Under the pieces are notes generated by a model. That model was not told the DNA's origin and made no database searches. It saw nothing but the letters and a program-made list of their open reading frames with translations. The position numbers and the translations under genes were made by a program. A stretch of DNA of 64,000 bases. Source: Brachyspira murdochii. Lineage in GTDB: Bacteria > Spirochaetota > JAAYUW01. Positions 51,012 through 59,812 of this stretch are shown piece after piece. Where the stretch lies: the NCBI GenBank assembly GCA_020722965.1, contig DYJT01000001.1, positions 41,416 through 105,415 on the forward strand, written 5' to 3'. Position 1 is the stretch's first letter; each line of letters opens with the position of its first letter.

Positions 51012-51644
51012 CTATTGTTTTTTAATTTCTCGATATAATTCTAATAATTTATTTGAATTAAATTTTTTTAAAGCAGACTCAAGAACCTCGGTAGCTTTTT
51101 GAACAGAACCAGTTTTATACAAGGCAAGAGCAAGATAATAATATGGGTAATACTGATCTACTCCCAAAAAAATGGCAGCATTTGCAGCTACAATTGTCTT
51201 ATAGTAATACCCAAGGTTAAGTAATGCCTTAGAGTAATAATAGTAATTCCATGAATCCTGAGGATTAATATTTAATGCCTTTTCTAGATTAATTATTGCG
51301 TTTTGGTACTGCCCAAGGTCATTATAAACTCTACCAATAAGTTTTAAAAATTGTAAATCATTTGGGAAGATTCCAAGAGCTTCTTTAGTATAATTCAAAC
51401 AGCTTTGAGTTTTACCAAGTTTATAAAGGCTCTGTGTAAGATAATAATAAACTTGTTTATTTTCAGGATATTCACTTAAGAGTTCAGTTGCCAACTTTTC
51501 GGCTTCAGAATATTCGCCAGAATTATATAAATTTGCTAAATTATCTATAGGATCAATCTGAGAACTAAAAAGCAATATTGAAAAAAATGAAAAAATCGAT
51601 ATAATAGTTAATGAAAAAGCAGAATTAGAAAAATTTTTTTTCAT
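51012..51644 (-). CDS. secreted tetratricopeptide-repeat (TPR) protein
   Basis: 210 aa; N-terminal signal peptide; several 34-aa TPR-like repeats (A...Y...G.Y..A). Confidence 0.6.
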   Translation of the reverse strand: MKKNFSNSAFSLTIISIFSFFSILLFSSQIDPIDNLANLYNSGEYSEAEKLATELLSEYPENKQVYYYLTQSLYKLGKTQSCLNYTKEALGIFPNDLQFLKLIGRVYNDLGQYQNAIINLEKALNINPQDSWNYYYYSKALLNLGYYYKTIVAANAAIFLGVDQYYPYYYLALALYKTGSVQKATEVLESALKKFNSNKLLELYREIKKQ

Positions 51645-51712
51645 TTTATCACTCTTTATTAAATTTGATTAATCAATAATACGATAAAAAATAATGTCAA
51701 AGGATAAAAAGT

Positions 51713-52741
51713 ATGATGATAAAATGTCCGAAATGTGGGAAATCTTTTTTACTGAATGATGCATTGCTTAAAAATAATATAACACAGGTATTTTGCCCAT
51801 ATTGTAATAATAAAATTACCATAGAAAAAAAAGATTTAAATCAGAATGATAGTTCTGAAAACTATTATATACCAAAAGAAAAACTAGAATCAATTCTAAG
51901 TAAAATAGAAGATCTTCCTACTTTACCGGCTGTAATCCAAAGAATTTTACAACTTATTAACGATCCAAAGGCTACAACAAAACAGATTGGTAGCATTATT
52001 ACATCTGACCAATCTTTAACGGCAAAGACTTTGAAACTGGTTAATTCGGCATTCTATGGTTTCGCGAAGAAAATAACGACAGTAGATCAAGCAATAGTTA
52101 TAATAGGGTTTAATGCCGTAAAAAATCTAGCGATTTCGGCATCGGTGTTTGATATTTTCAAAAAATTAAATCAGAGAAGTAGCTTTGATAGATATGGCTT
52201 TTGGACACATTGTGTCGGGACAGCTTTTATCGCTAAGCAAATAAGCGAGGATACTAAAATAGGTAATCCAGGGGAGATCTTTGTTTCGGCTTTATTACAC
52301 GATATAGGGAAAATCATTTTAGATATTTATTTCCCGGACGAGATGAATAAGATTCTATATAATTCTTCAAATAAAAATATCTCATTTTATCAAAGTGAGG
52401 AAGAGATATTTGGTTTTACGCATCCTGAAGTCGGATTTTTATTATCTAAAAAATGGAATTTGCCTGAAAATCTTTATATACCTATTCGATATCATCATAC
52501 CCCTCATAAAGCAATTAAATTTGAATCTGTCGTAGCAATTGTTCATACAGCAAATATAATCACTAAAGCTGGAAATATTGGATATGATGGTGATTCGGTA
52601 ACCCCAAGAATATCTACCCATGCATGGAATCTTTTAAAAGAGAATAAACCTGATTTATCAACCGAGACTATTAATATATACATCGATTCTGCTAAACACC
52701 ATATTGAGGCATCAGATTTTCTCAAAATTGCTGTCTCATAG
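51713..52741 (+). CDS. HDOD-domain signalling protein with N-terminal MJ0042-type zinc ribbon
   Basis: 342 aa; CPKCGx(n)CPYC zinc ribbon; HDOD core LPTLPAVIQRIL...LLHDIGKIIL. Confidence 0.7.
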   Translation: MMIKCPKCGKSFLLNDALLKNNITQVFCPYCNNKITIEKKDLNQNDSSENYYIPKEKLESILSKIEDLPTLPAVIQRILQLINDPKATTKQIGSIITSDQSLTAKTLKLVNSAFYGFAKKITTVDQAIVIIGFNAVKNLAISASVFDIFKKLNQRSSFDRYGFWTHCVGTAFIAKQISEDTKIGNPGEIFVSALLHDIGKIILDIYFPDEMNKILYNSSNKNISFYQSEEEIFGFTHPEVGFLLSKKWNLPENLYIPIRYHHTPHKAIKFESVVAIVHTANIITKAGNIGYDGDSVTPRISTHAWNLLKENKPDLSTETINIYIDSAKHHIEASDFLKIAVS

Positions 52742-52805
52742 GAGTTTTTAATTGTTTTAATTAATGAATACAAACAAAAACCACGCTAATTATATTTTAT
52801 TGTAA

Positions 52806-54449
52806 ATGGATAATTTTAAAAAGCTTGAAAATCTTTACAAAGAGTTAAATCAAAAAAAAGGATTAATTAAATTAAGTTCTGAATTCTTACAGGATAATAT
52901 ATTAAGCAATATAATTAAAGATCTTCAAGAATATACTTTTGAAAAATCGGTAAACAAATTTCTTGAAATATCAAATATAGAAAAGAAAGAAGAATTTTTT
53001 AAAAAAATATCTTCTTTATTGAAAATCTTCATGCCTGATGGGAAGTTTTATTATTATTTTCATGAAGAAAATAGTGATAGTTATGAGCTTTTTTACGATG
53101 AAATTGGAGATAGCGAGATTATTTTCAGTATTGAAGAAGCCATTGATGAAGGCATAATAAATCTTGTTTCAAATATAGATGAAGTTAGATCCTTTGAAAA
53201 TATCTATTATGAAAAAGAAAAAACATTCATTACTCCAATTCCTATAATTATATATGATAGGAAAATTGGGATAATTGTAGCTCTTACAAAAAAAGAGATT
53301 AGCTATAATGAAAATTTAAAAAATTTATTTCATTCTCTGGTAAAAACAATAGCTCCAATTATCTATTCATTTCAGCTCGAGTTTCAATTAAAACAAAAAC
53401 AACAGAAACTTTCCTTAATGATAAATGTAACAGAAGATCTTTCATATATAAAACCAATTGAAGAAAATATTAAAGCAGTAATAAAATCTCTATCTGCATC
53501 CATTCATTGCTCAATTTCCGGTCTTATAATAATAAATAAATCTTCCGAGATGTATTTCAAATTTGCATCAAAGGGATTATATCCATATATATTAAAGAAA
53601 AAATGGAAATTTGGGTCGGATATTTTTTCGGAAAGTATAAGTAAAAAATTATCTTTTATAATAAATAATATGCATAAAAATCGTATTTACATAAAAACAT
53701 ATAACATCGTTAGTGATCAAATTAGGTCTTTTCTTGTTTATCCTTTTGAAGCTGTAAATTTTAAGGGATGCTATTTCGCAGGAAGACTTAATAACGAAAG
53801 AACATTTTCGCATGAAGAGTATGATTTAGTTATGACAATGATAAAGAATTTATCAATTTTTTTAAATAATATATATCTGTTCAATGAGGTTAAGGTAAGC
53901 TATGATATGACTACTTCCGCTCTAGCATCAGCAATAGAAGCGAAAGATCCTTACACTAAAGGGCATTCACAAAGAGTAATGAGATATTCTCTTTTGATAG
54001 GAAGAAGATTGGGATTGAACGAAAATTCACTAAGAACGATTAAATTAGCTGGTTTATTACATGATGTGGGGAAAATTGGTATTCCAGAATCAATAATATT
54101 GAAAAAAGGTCCACTAAATGATCAAGAATATAAAATAATGAAAAAGCATCCATATATCGGTTATCTAATAGTTAAAGACATAAATTATTTAAAAGCAGGG
54201 ATACCTTTTGTATTATATCATCATGAGAAACTAGATGGTAGTGGTTATCCTTATGGTTTAAAAGGCGACAAAATTCCTTTATTCGCAAGAATCGCTGCCG
54301 TCGCAGATAATTTCGATGCTTTGACCTCAGATAGACCATATAGAAAAGGATTGACATTCTCAGAGGCAATATTAGAGATAAAGAAAAATATTGGTAGATA
54401 CTTTGACAAGGAAGTTGTTGACGCTTTTATATCTGGGCTAAAATCATGA
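52806..54449 (+). CDS. HD-GYP domain phosphodiesterase with N-terminal GAF-like sensor region
   Basis: 547 aa; HD motif GHSQRV...LAGLLHDVGKIGIP; GYP motif HHEKLDGSGYPYGL. Confidence 0.8.
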   Translation: MDNFKKLENLYKELNQKKGLIKLSSEFLQDNILSNIIKDLQEYTFEKSVNKFLEISNIEKKEEFFKKISSLLKIFMPDGKFYYYFHEENSDSYELFYDEIGDSEIIFSIEEAIDEGIINLVSNIDEVRSFENIYYEKEKTFITPIPIIIYDRKIGIIVALTKKEISYNENLKNLFHSLVKTIAPIIYSFQLEFQLKQKQQKLSLMINVTEDLSYIKPIEENIKAVIKSLSASIHCSISGLIIINKSSEMYFKFASKGLYPYILKKKWKFGSDIFSESISKKLSFIINNMHKNRIYIKTYNIVSDQIRSFLVYPFEAVNFKGCYFAGRLNNERTFSHEEYDLVMTMIKNLSIFLNNIYLFNEVKVSYDMTTSALASAIEAKDPYTKGHSQRVMRYSLLIGRRLGLNENSLRTIKLAGLLHDVGKIGIPESIILKKGPLNDQEYKIMKKHPYIGYLIVKDINYLKAGIPFVLYHHEKLDGSGYPYGLKGDKIPLFARIAAVADNFDALTSDRPYRKGLTFSEAILEIKKNIGRYFDKEVVDAFISGLKS

Positions 54450-54450
54450 C

Positions 54451-54478
54451 TTGACAGTTTTTGTTATTTAAATATAAT
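54451..54478 (+). promoter_or_regulatory. near-consensus sigma70 promoter: TTGACA, 16-nt spacer, TATAAT
   Basis: TTGACA at 54451-54456 and TATAAT at 54473-54478, about 26 nt upstream of the ATG at 54505. Confidence 0.4.
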
Positions 54479-54504
54479 TGAATTGGAGTTGATAAGGAGA
54501 AAAC

Positions 54505-54948
54505 ATGGGAAATACTTTAGAATATTTAAAAAAAATTCCTTTATTTTCTAAATTCAATGATAAAGAATTAAAGAGTGTGGCTTCTTTAGTTAAAGAAAGA
54601 GAATATAAAAAAGGTGAAGTCATTGTAAAGCAGGGTGAAGATGGTGTTGGCCTTTTTATTATTAAAAATGGAAAAGTTAAGGTAAGTAAGACCATATCTT
54701 CTGGTAAGACATTAGACATCGCAGTACATTCCGATGGTGAATATTTTGGTGAGTTATCGATACTTGACAATAAACCAAGAACTGCTACAGTTACTGCGCT
54801 GGAAAATACAACTACTCTAATAATGACCCACTGGGAATTCAATGCTTTACTTGAATCTAAACCAGAGTTAGCTCTTTTTATTTTACCAGTTTTGGTGGAG
54901 AGATTTAGAGAAACAAATGAGCAGCTATTAGAATTAAAAAATAGTTAA
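54505..54948 (+). CDS. stand-alone cyclic nucleotide-binding (CAP effector) domain protein
   Basis: 147 aa; GEYFGELSIL...RTATVTA cassette plus C-terminal dimerisation helix; no HTH. Confidence 0.65.
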   Translation: MGNTLEYLKKIPLFSKFNDKELKSVASLVKEREYKKGEVIVKQGEDGVGLFIIKNGKVKVSKTISSGKTLDIAVHSDGEYFGELSILDNKPRTATVTALENTTTLIMTHWEFNALLESKPELALFILPVLVERFRETNEQLLELKNS

Positions 54949-54977
54949 TTAACTATCCATTATAATGTAATAAATAT

Positions 54978-55050
54978 GGCGACGTTCCCGAGTGGCTAAG
55001 GGCGCGGTCTGCAAAACCGTTGACCACCGGTTCGAATCCGGTCGTCGCCT
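54978..55050 (+). tRNA. tRNA-Cys (anticodon GCA)
   Basis: Manual fold: acceptor GGCGACG/CGTCGCC, anticodon stem GCGGT/ACCGT with loop CTGCAAA, T-arm ACCGG-TTCGAAT-CCGGT. Confidence 0.8.
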
Positions 55051-55067
55051 TATATCAAAAAAAGAAT

Positions 55068-55152
55068 GCCGAAGTGGCGGAATTGGTAGACGCAAGGGAC
55101 TTAAAATCCCTCGGTACCTGGTACCGTACCGGTTCAAGTCCGGTCTTCGGCA
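55068..55152 (+). tRNA. tRNA-Leu (anticodon TAA), long variable arm
   Basis: Acceptor GCCGAAG/CTTCGGC; anticodon loop CTTAAAA; variable arm GGTACC...GGTACC; T-loop GGTTCAAGTCC; followed by a T-run. Confidence 0.8.
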
Positions 55153-55283
55153 TTTTTTAATTTTAAAACAAATTTAGCAAAAATATTGATAAGAAATAAA
55201 AATTTTATATAGTTTAAACAAAAGAAATTTTATTAAGAAACAAATTTCAACTAAAAAAGAATTTTAAATAGAAATGAGTTTTA

Positions 55284-55979
55284 TTAGAAAGAAAAAAGAA
55301 TTATATATTCTACATACTTAGCAGTATTTATCTTAAAACCGCTAATTTGAAAAGAATTGTAAAGTTTACCATTTATCTCTATTTTTGAAAACTGATGAAA
55401 AAAATCTTCAGATTTATTTTTAAAAACATCCATCAATGTGTTTATCAATTCGATTGAATTTTCGAAATTTTCAAAAATATTATCTCTGTCATTTTGAAAA
55501 TTAGAATTAAATGCCTTATTTTTATGTAAAATTTTACCCTGATCATCGGTAAATACTATCGGTTTTTCGAATAGATTAATTAAAAATGATATTTCTTTGT
55601 TAGATAATTGGATCTTCTCTTTTTTTAATTCATCAAATTCTTTTAAGTTATTTAAAAGTTTGTTTAATACTGAGCCTAATTTACCTAATTCATCCTCTTC
55701 CGGGAATCTATATTTGTTTATTTGATTCAGATCGCTTCCATCTTCCAAATCTTCAAACCTGCTAACAATCTTTTGATAGTATTTTAAGGATTTGTTTTTA
55801 AGTGAAAGGAAAATAATATTTAGTATAATTGAAAGTATGATCATGATAATTGAAAAGTTAAAAATTGTCCATTTATCAATTATTTTGTTGAATAAAGAAA
55901 TATACACAAGAAAAAAAAGGATAAAGTTTAATCCAGTGTGAATCAAAAAATAAGACTCTGGTCTTTTGTAGAATTTCAT
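55284..55979 (-). CDS. membrane protein with 2 TM helices, a HAMP-like linker and a PAS-like fold but no output domain
   Basis: 231 aa; two hydrophobic helices; HAMP-like DELGKLGSVLNKLLNNL; C-terminal region with PAS-like spacing. Confidence 0.4.
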   Translation of the reverse strand: MKFYKRPESYFLIHTGLNFILFFLVYISLFNKIIDKWTIFNFSIIMIILSIILNIIFLSLKNKSLKYYQKIVSRFEDLEDGSDLNQINKYRFPEEDELGKLGSVLNKLLNNLKEFDELKKEKIQLSNKEISFLINLFEKPIVFTDDQGKILHKNKAFNSNFQNDRDNIFENFENSIELINTLMDVFKNKSEDFFHQFSKIEINGKLYNSFQISGFKINTAKYVEYIILFSF

Positions 55980-55993
55980 ATACTTTTCTCCTT

Positions 55994-58201
55994 TTAGGAA
56001 GTGAAGAGATCAATTATTAGCAATGTTAATTTGTTGTTTTGCATAAAATATGGTTCATATACTATAGAATTTATAGAATTAAGTTTTATTTCATTAATAA
56101 AATTTTTGCTTTTAAAAATTAAAGCATCAAAAGAAATATTATCCTGGGAAACCTTTAATTTAGTAGATAAATTGTTTCTACCAATAAATATAGGATTTGA
56201 TAATGCAATTTCTCTAGTAAAAAAGATAGGAACTTTGAATTCTTCTCCAAATGGTTGTAAAGTTTTATACCATTTTTCAAATTCAGGATTAGAAAGTTCA
56301 TCAAATGTTATTTCAGCATTATATTCTTGAATATTTGACTTTTCTGTCTCATAATTTAAGTCCGATATACAAGAATGAATCTTATTATAGAACTCATTAT
56401 ATTTATCATTAATAACTGTGAATCCCGCAGCAAAAGGATGACCACCGAAATTTTCAAAATATTCAGAAAACTGATTCAAAAATTGGAAAGAATTGAAAGA
56501 ATTCCTTGATCTCATAGAACCAAAAATACCACTTTTTGTTTTTGTTACAAAGATTACAGGTTTAGAGGTTAAACCAAGATATTTCGCACATATTAAGCCA
56601 GCCAGACCAGGTTCAACATCCTCTTTTTCAATATATATTATAGGTTTGTCATTATTTGATAACTTGATTGTTTGATAAATATTTTCAACAACCATAGTTC
56701 TTTTAATATTGTAATCATTAATCTCTTTTAAATACAATAAAGAGTCTTCATCTTTTTCACTAAGAAAAAAATTAAGTAAGATTTTTCCTTTCCCAAATCT
56801 TCCAGGCGAATTTAGTAGTGGAGAAATTTTCCAGATAATATCATAACTATTTATTGGGAAGTTGACATTGATTAAGGAAGATAAAATCTTATCAACAAAA
56901 TCAGGTTTTGAATTATTTATTATTGCGAGTCCTTTTGCGACTATATATCTATTTTCATTTAATAGTGGCATGATATCTGCTATCGTAGCTAAAGTAACAT
57001 ATGGCAAATATATTTCCAATTCATCAATGCATTTTTGATAGTTATATCTAATTGTTGAAAAAAGCTTAAAATACAAAAAATCAATTTTATTTATATAAAA
57101 AATCCTATAACTATCGAGTAAAAATAAGAAATTCTCATCCTTGTTTACAAGAGATGCAATAGTTTTAATGTTTTCAAAGGGGATAGCTATCCCTAAGGAA
57201 TTGCTAAGTTTCATCAAGTTTTCAATGTTATCTGAAACAATTATCCCTTGTTTTTCTTTATTCTCTGAAAAGACCTGTTTAAAAAAATTTGTTGCATCTT
57301 TTTTGTCAAAGATTTTGCCTAAGTAAAAAGTCAGACTTTTGCCCAGAGTACTTTGATTTAGCTCATTAATAAGTTTCTCATCTTCGATCTGATATGAAAA
57401 TGAGAGAGTTCTTTGAATCTGTAAATTTGAAATTTCTAAAAAGGTTATATTAAAAAAGACTCTATTTTTATCCTTTTTGTTTTCAAATGATGTGATATCT
57501 ACACTAAAAAAATAGATATACTGTTCATAAATTTTTGTTTGAGAAAAAATCAATGCTTCAATCAATTTCCATGCAACACCGCTTCCAGAAAGACCTTTGC
57601 AGTAGGGGTAATTATCAAGTTTAGGATTTATAATTGCATCTGCTGTTGGTAATTCTTTTTGTGGATTATGATGATCTGTAATGATTACATCTATTCCTTT
57701 TGATTTAGCATATTCGACTTCTTTACAGCTTGAAATGCCATTATCAACTGTTATGATTAATCTTGCACCTTTAATATAAGCATAATCTATCTTTTTAATC
57801 GAAATGCCATATGGTTCGTCATCTTCAGGAATAGAGTATAAAATTTTCTGAATCCCATATTTTTGTAATGCTAAGTGAAGGATTTTTATCCCGACTACAC
57901 CATCTACATCTGAATCACCATAAATAAAAACTGGAAATTGAGACTTTTTAGCTTTATTTATAAGGGTAATTGCTTTGTTCATCTCTTTGAATAAAAAAGG
58001 TGGATGAAGGAAATAAACCGATGGATTAAGGAAATTTATAAACATTGTTTCATCATTAAAATTATTATCCAGTAGATATTTAGCAAAATATTCTGGTATT
58101 AAAAATTTTTGAGAGAATAATTCTACATTTTTATAAAAATCTTCTCCTTTTCCCTGGTTTTTTTCTTTCCATATATTTTGTTGAACCGAAATTAAATCCA
58201 T
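55994..58201 (-). CDS. recJ: single-stranded-DNA-specific exonuclease RecJ
   Basis: 735 aa; DHH motifs (GDSDVDG, ITDHH) and DHHA1 motif GGHPFAAGF. Confidence 0.8.
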   Translation of the reverse strand: MDLISVQQNIWKEKNQGKGEDFYKNVELFSQKFLIPEYFAKYLLDNNFNDETMFINFLNPSVYFLHPPFLFKEMNKAITLINKAKKSQFPVFIYGDSDVDGVVGIKILHLALQKYGIQKILYSIPEDDEPYGISIKKIDYAYIKGARLIITVDNGISSCKEVEYAKSKGIDVIITDHHNPQKELPTADAIINPKLDNYPYCKGLSGSGVAWKLIEALIFSQTKIYEQYIYFFSVDITSFENKKDKNRVFFNITFLEISNLQIQRTLSFSYQIEDEKLINELNQSTLGKSLTFYLGKIFDKKDATNFFKQVFSENKEKQGIIVSDNIENLMKLSNSLGIAIPFENIKTIASLVNKDENFLFLLDSYRIFYINKIDFLYFKLFSTIRYNYQKCIDELEIYLPYVTLATIADIMPLLNENRYIVAKGLAIINNSKPDFVDKILSSLINVNFPINSYDIIWKISPLLNSPGRFGKGKILLNFFLSEKDEDSLLYLKEINDYNIKRTMVVENIYQTIKLSNNDKPIIYIEKEDVEPGLAGLICAKYLGLTSKPVIFVTKTKSGIFGSMRSRNSFNSFQFLNQFSEYFENFGGHPFAAGFTVINDKYNEFYNKIHSCISDLNYETEKSNIQEYNAEITFDELSNPEFEKWYKTLQPFGEEFKVPIFFTREIALSNPIFIGRNNLSTKLKVSQDNISFDALIFKSKNFINEIKLNSINSIVYEPYFMQNNKLTLLIIDLFTS

Positions 58202-58245
58202 AATTACCCTTTTAATTTATTAGCTAAGAATTTATTACCCAGTTT

Positions 58246-59583
58246 TCAGATTTTATTAATATCTATTTCTTTAATTATTATAGGTTTTGGTTTTATTTTA
58301 TTATTTGAAAGAATTATTGAATTCTTGAGTTCTTTAAAAACATCGTCAATTGAGTCAATTTTATTTGAGTATAATTTGAGTATTTTAGTATCTGGTTTTA
58401 TTTTATCGCCAATTTTAACAAAGATTTCGATACCTGCTCCATGATCGATAGTATCCTCTTTCTTGCTTCTTCCCGCACCAAGTTTATTCGCAAATAGACC
58501 AAATTTAAATGCATCTATTTTCTCTATATATTTTTCTGTAAAATTCCCAAAAATATCTTTGGCACAAATTTCTTTTTGATTAGTTGATAAGGGTAAAAGA
58601 GAAAAATTATCTATAATCTTTGGATTGCCACCTTGCTTGACTATTATTTGTTTAAATTTATCTAACGCTCTACCAGAATCAATTGAATTTATAACTTCCT
58701 CTTTTGCTTTAATAAAGGGTATAGAAAGAGATTTACTGAGCATCAATGCAGATAAATAAACTGTTAAATCGTAAAATTTACCTTCTTTTATTTTGCCTTT
58801 AAGTAATTCAATACTCTCGATTATCTCAAGGGAATTTCCAATTGTCCTACCAATTGGTTCATCCATATCTGTCAATACAACAGTTGTATTAATATCATGT
58901 AATTTACTGACTTTTATTAAATATTCAGAAAGTTTTTCTGCATTTTGGATATCTTTCATAAATGCACCGCTACCTACTTTTAAATCTATAACTAGATTTT
59001 TTGTCCCTTCAGAAATTTTTTTAGACATTATAGAAGCGGTTATCAGAGGTATTGATTCAACAGTGCATACAGCATCTCTTAAGGCATAAAGATATTTATC
59101 GGCTACAGCAATTTGATCTGTTTGGCCTATCATAGAAACATTGATTTCTTTAATCTGTTTTTTGAATTCTTCTAGAGTAAGATTTACATTAAAACCAGGT
59201 ATTGATTCGAGTTTATCTAGAGTTCCTCCAGTATGCCCAAGTCCTCTTCCACTCATCATTGGAACCGCAACCCGGCAGGATGCAACTATTGGGGCTAAAG
59301 GTATTGAAATTTTATCTCCTACACCTCCTGTGGAATGTTTGTCACATGTTGGAACTGGAAGATCATCAAAATTAATTTTAATTCCTGACTTAACCATTTC
59401 CTCTGTAAGAATAGCAGTTTCCTGAAAATTCAACCCCTGAAAATAAATAGCCATTAATAAAGCAGATACCTGATAATCCGGAATATTTTTAGAAATAAAG
59501 CCTTCTATAAAGTAATGTATTTCTTGCTCTGTAAGAGAATTGCCATCTCTTTTTTTTCGAATTATTTCTAACATATCCATCAT
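58246..59583 (-). CDS. pyrimidine-nucleoside / thymidine phosphorylase; start probably at the Met near 59574
   Basis: 445 aa; family signature HSTGGVGDK; phosphate-binding region. Confidence 0.8.
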   Translation of the reverse strand: MMDMLEIIRKKRDGNSLTEQEIHYFIEGFISKNIPDYQVSALLMAIYFQGLNFQETAILTEEMVKSGIKINFDDLPVPTCDKHSTGGVGDKISIPLAPIVASCRVAVPMMSGRGLGHTGGTLDKLESIPGFNVNLTLEEFKKQIKEINVSMIGQTDQIAVADKYLYALRDAVCTVESIPLITASIMSKKISEGTKNLVIDLKVGSGAFMKDIQNAEKLSEYLIKVSKLHDINTTVVLTDMDEPIGRTIGNSLEIIESIELLKGKIKEGKFYDLTVYLSALMLSKSLSIPFIKAKEEVINSIDSGRALDKFKQIIVKQGGNPKIIDNFSLLPLSTNQKEICAKDIFGNFTEKYIEKIDAFKFGLFANKLGAGRSKKEDTIDHGAGIEIFVKIGDKIKPDTKILKLYSNKIDSIDDVFKELKNSIILSNNKIKPKPIIIKEIDINKI

Positions 59584-59812
59584 CTTCTCCTTAATAGCTA
59601 TTATTATTAAAAAAAGTATAAGATTGACTATTAATAATTTTATTTCATAAGTAAAATATACATAAAATAAAAAAAATTGTATAATTTTATTGTATCTAGT
59701 GTTTATTTTATATTGTTAAATACTTTTTATAGTGTATAATTGTTATGCAGTTATATATATTTTACTGGTTTTTTTACTATAGATTTTGAATAATAAATCA
59801 AGGGGAAATAGA

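Noticed and set aside
54949-55177. ORF-track ORFs 54949-55137 (-) and 54992-55177 (+)
   Set aside because: They lie entirely over the tRNA-Cys and tRNA-Leu genes and are translations of structured RNA, not proteins.
921-59425. Numerous 60-136-aa antisense ORFs inside large genes (e.g. 921-1154, 11583-11882, 12776-13006, 45856-46182, 46577-46987, 58793-59089, 59141-59425)
   Set aside because: They are fully contained in, and antisense or frame-shifted relative to, well-supported conserved genes (ackA, gyrB, gyrA, valS, deoA); typical shadow ORFs of AT-rich DNA.
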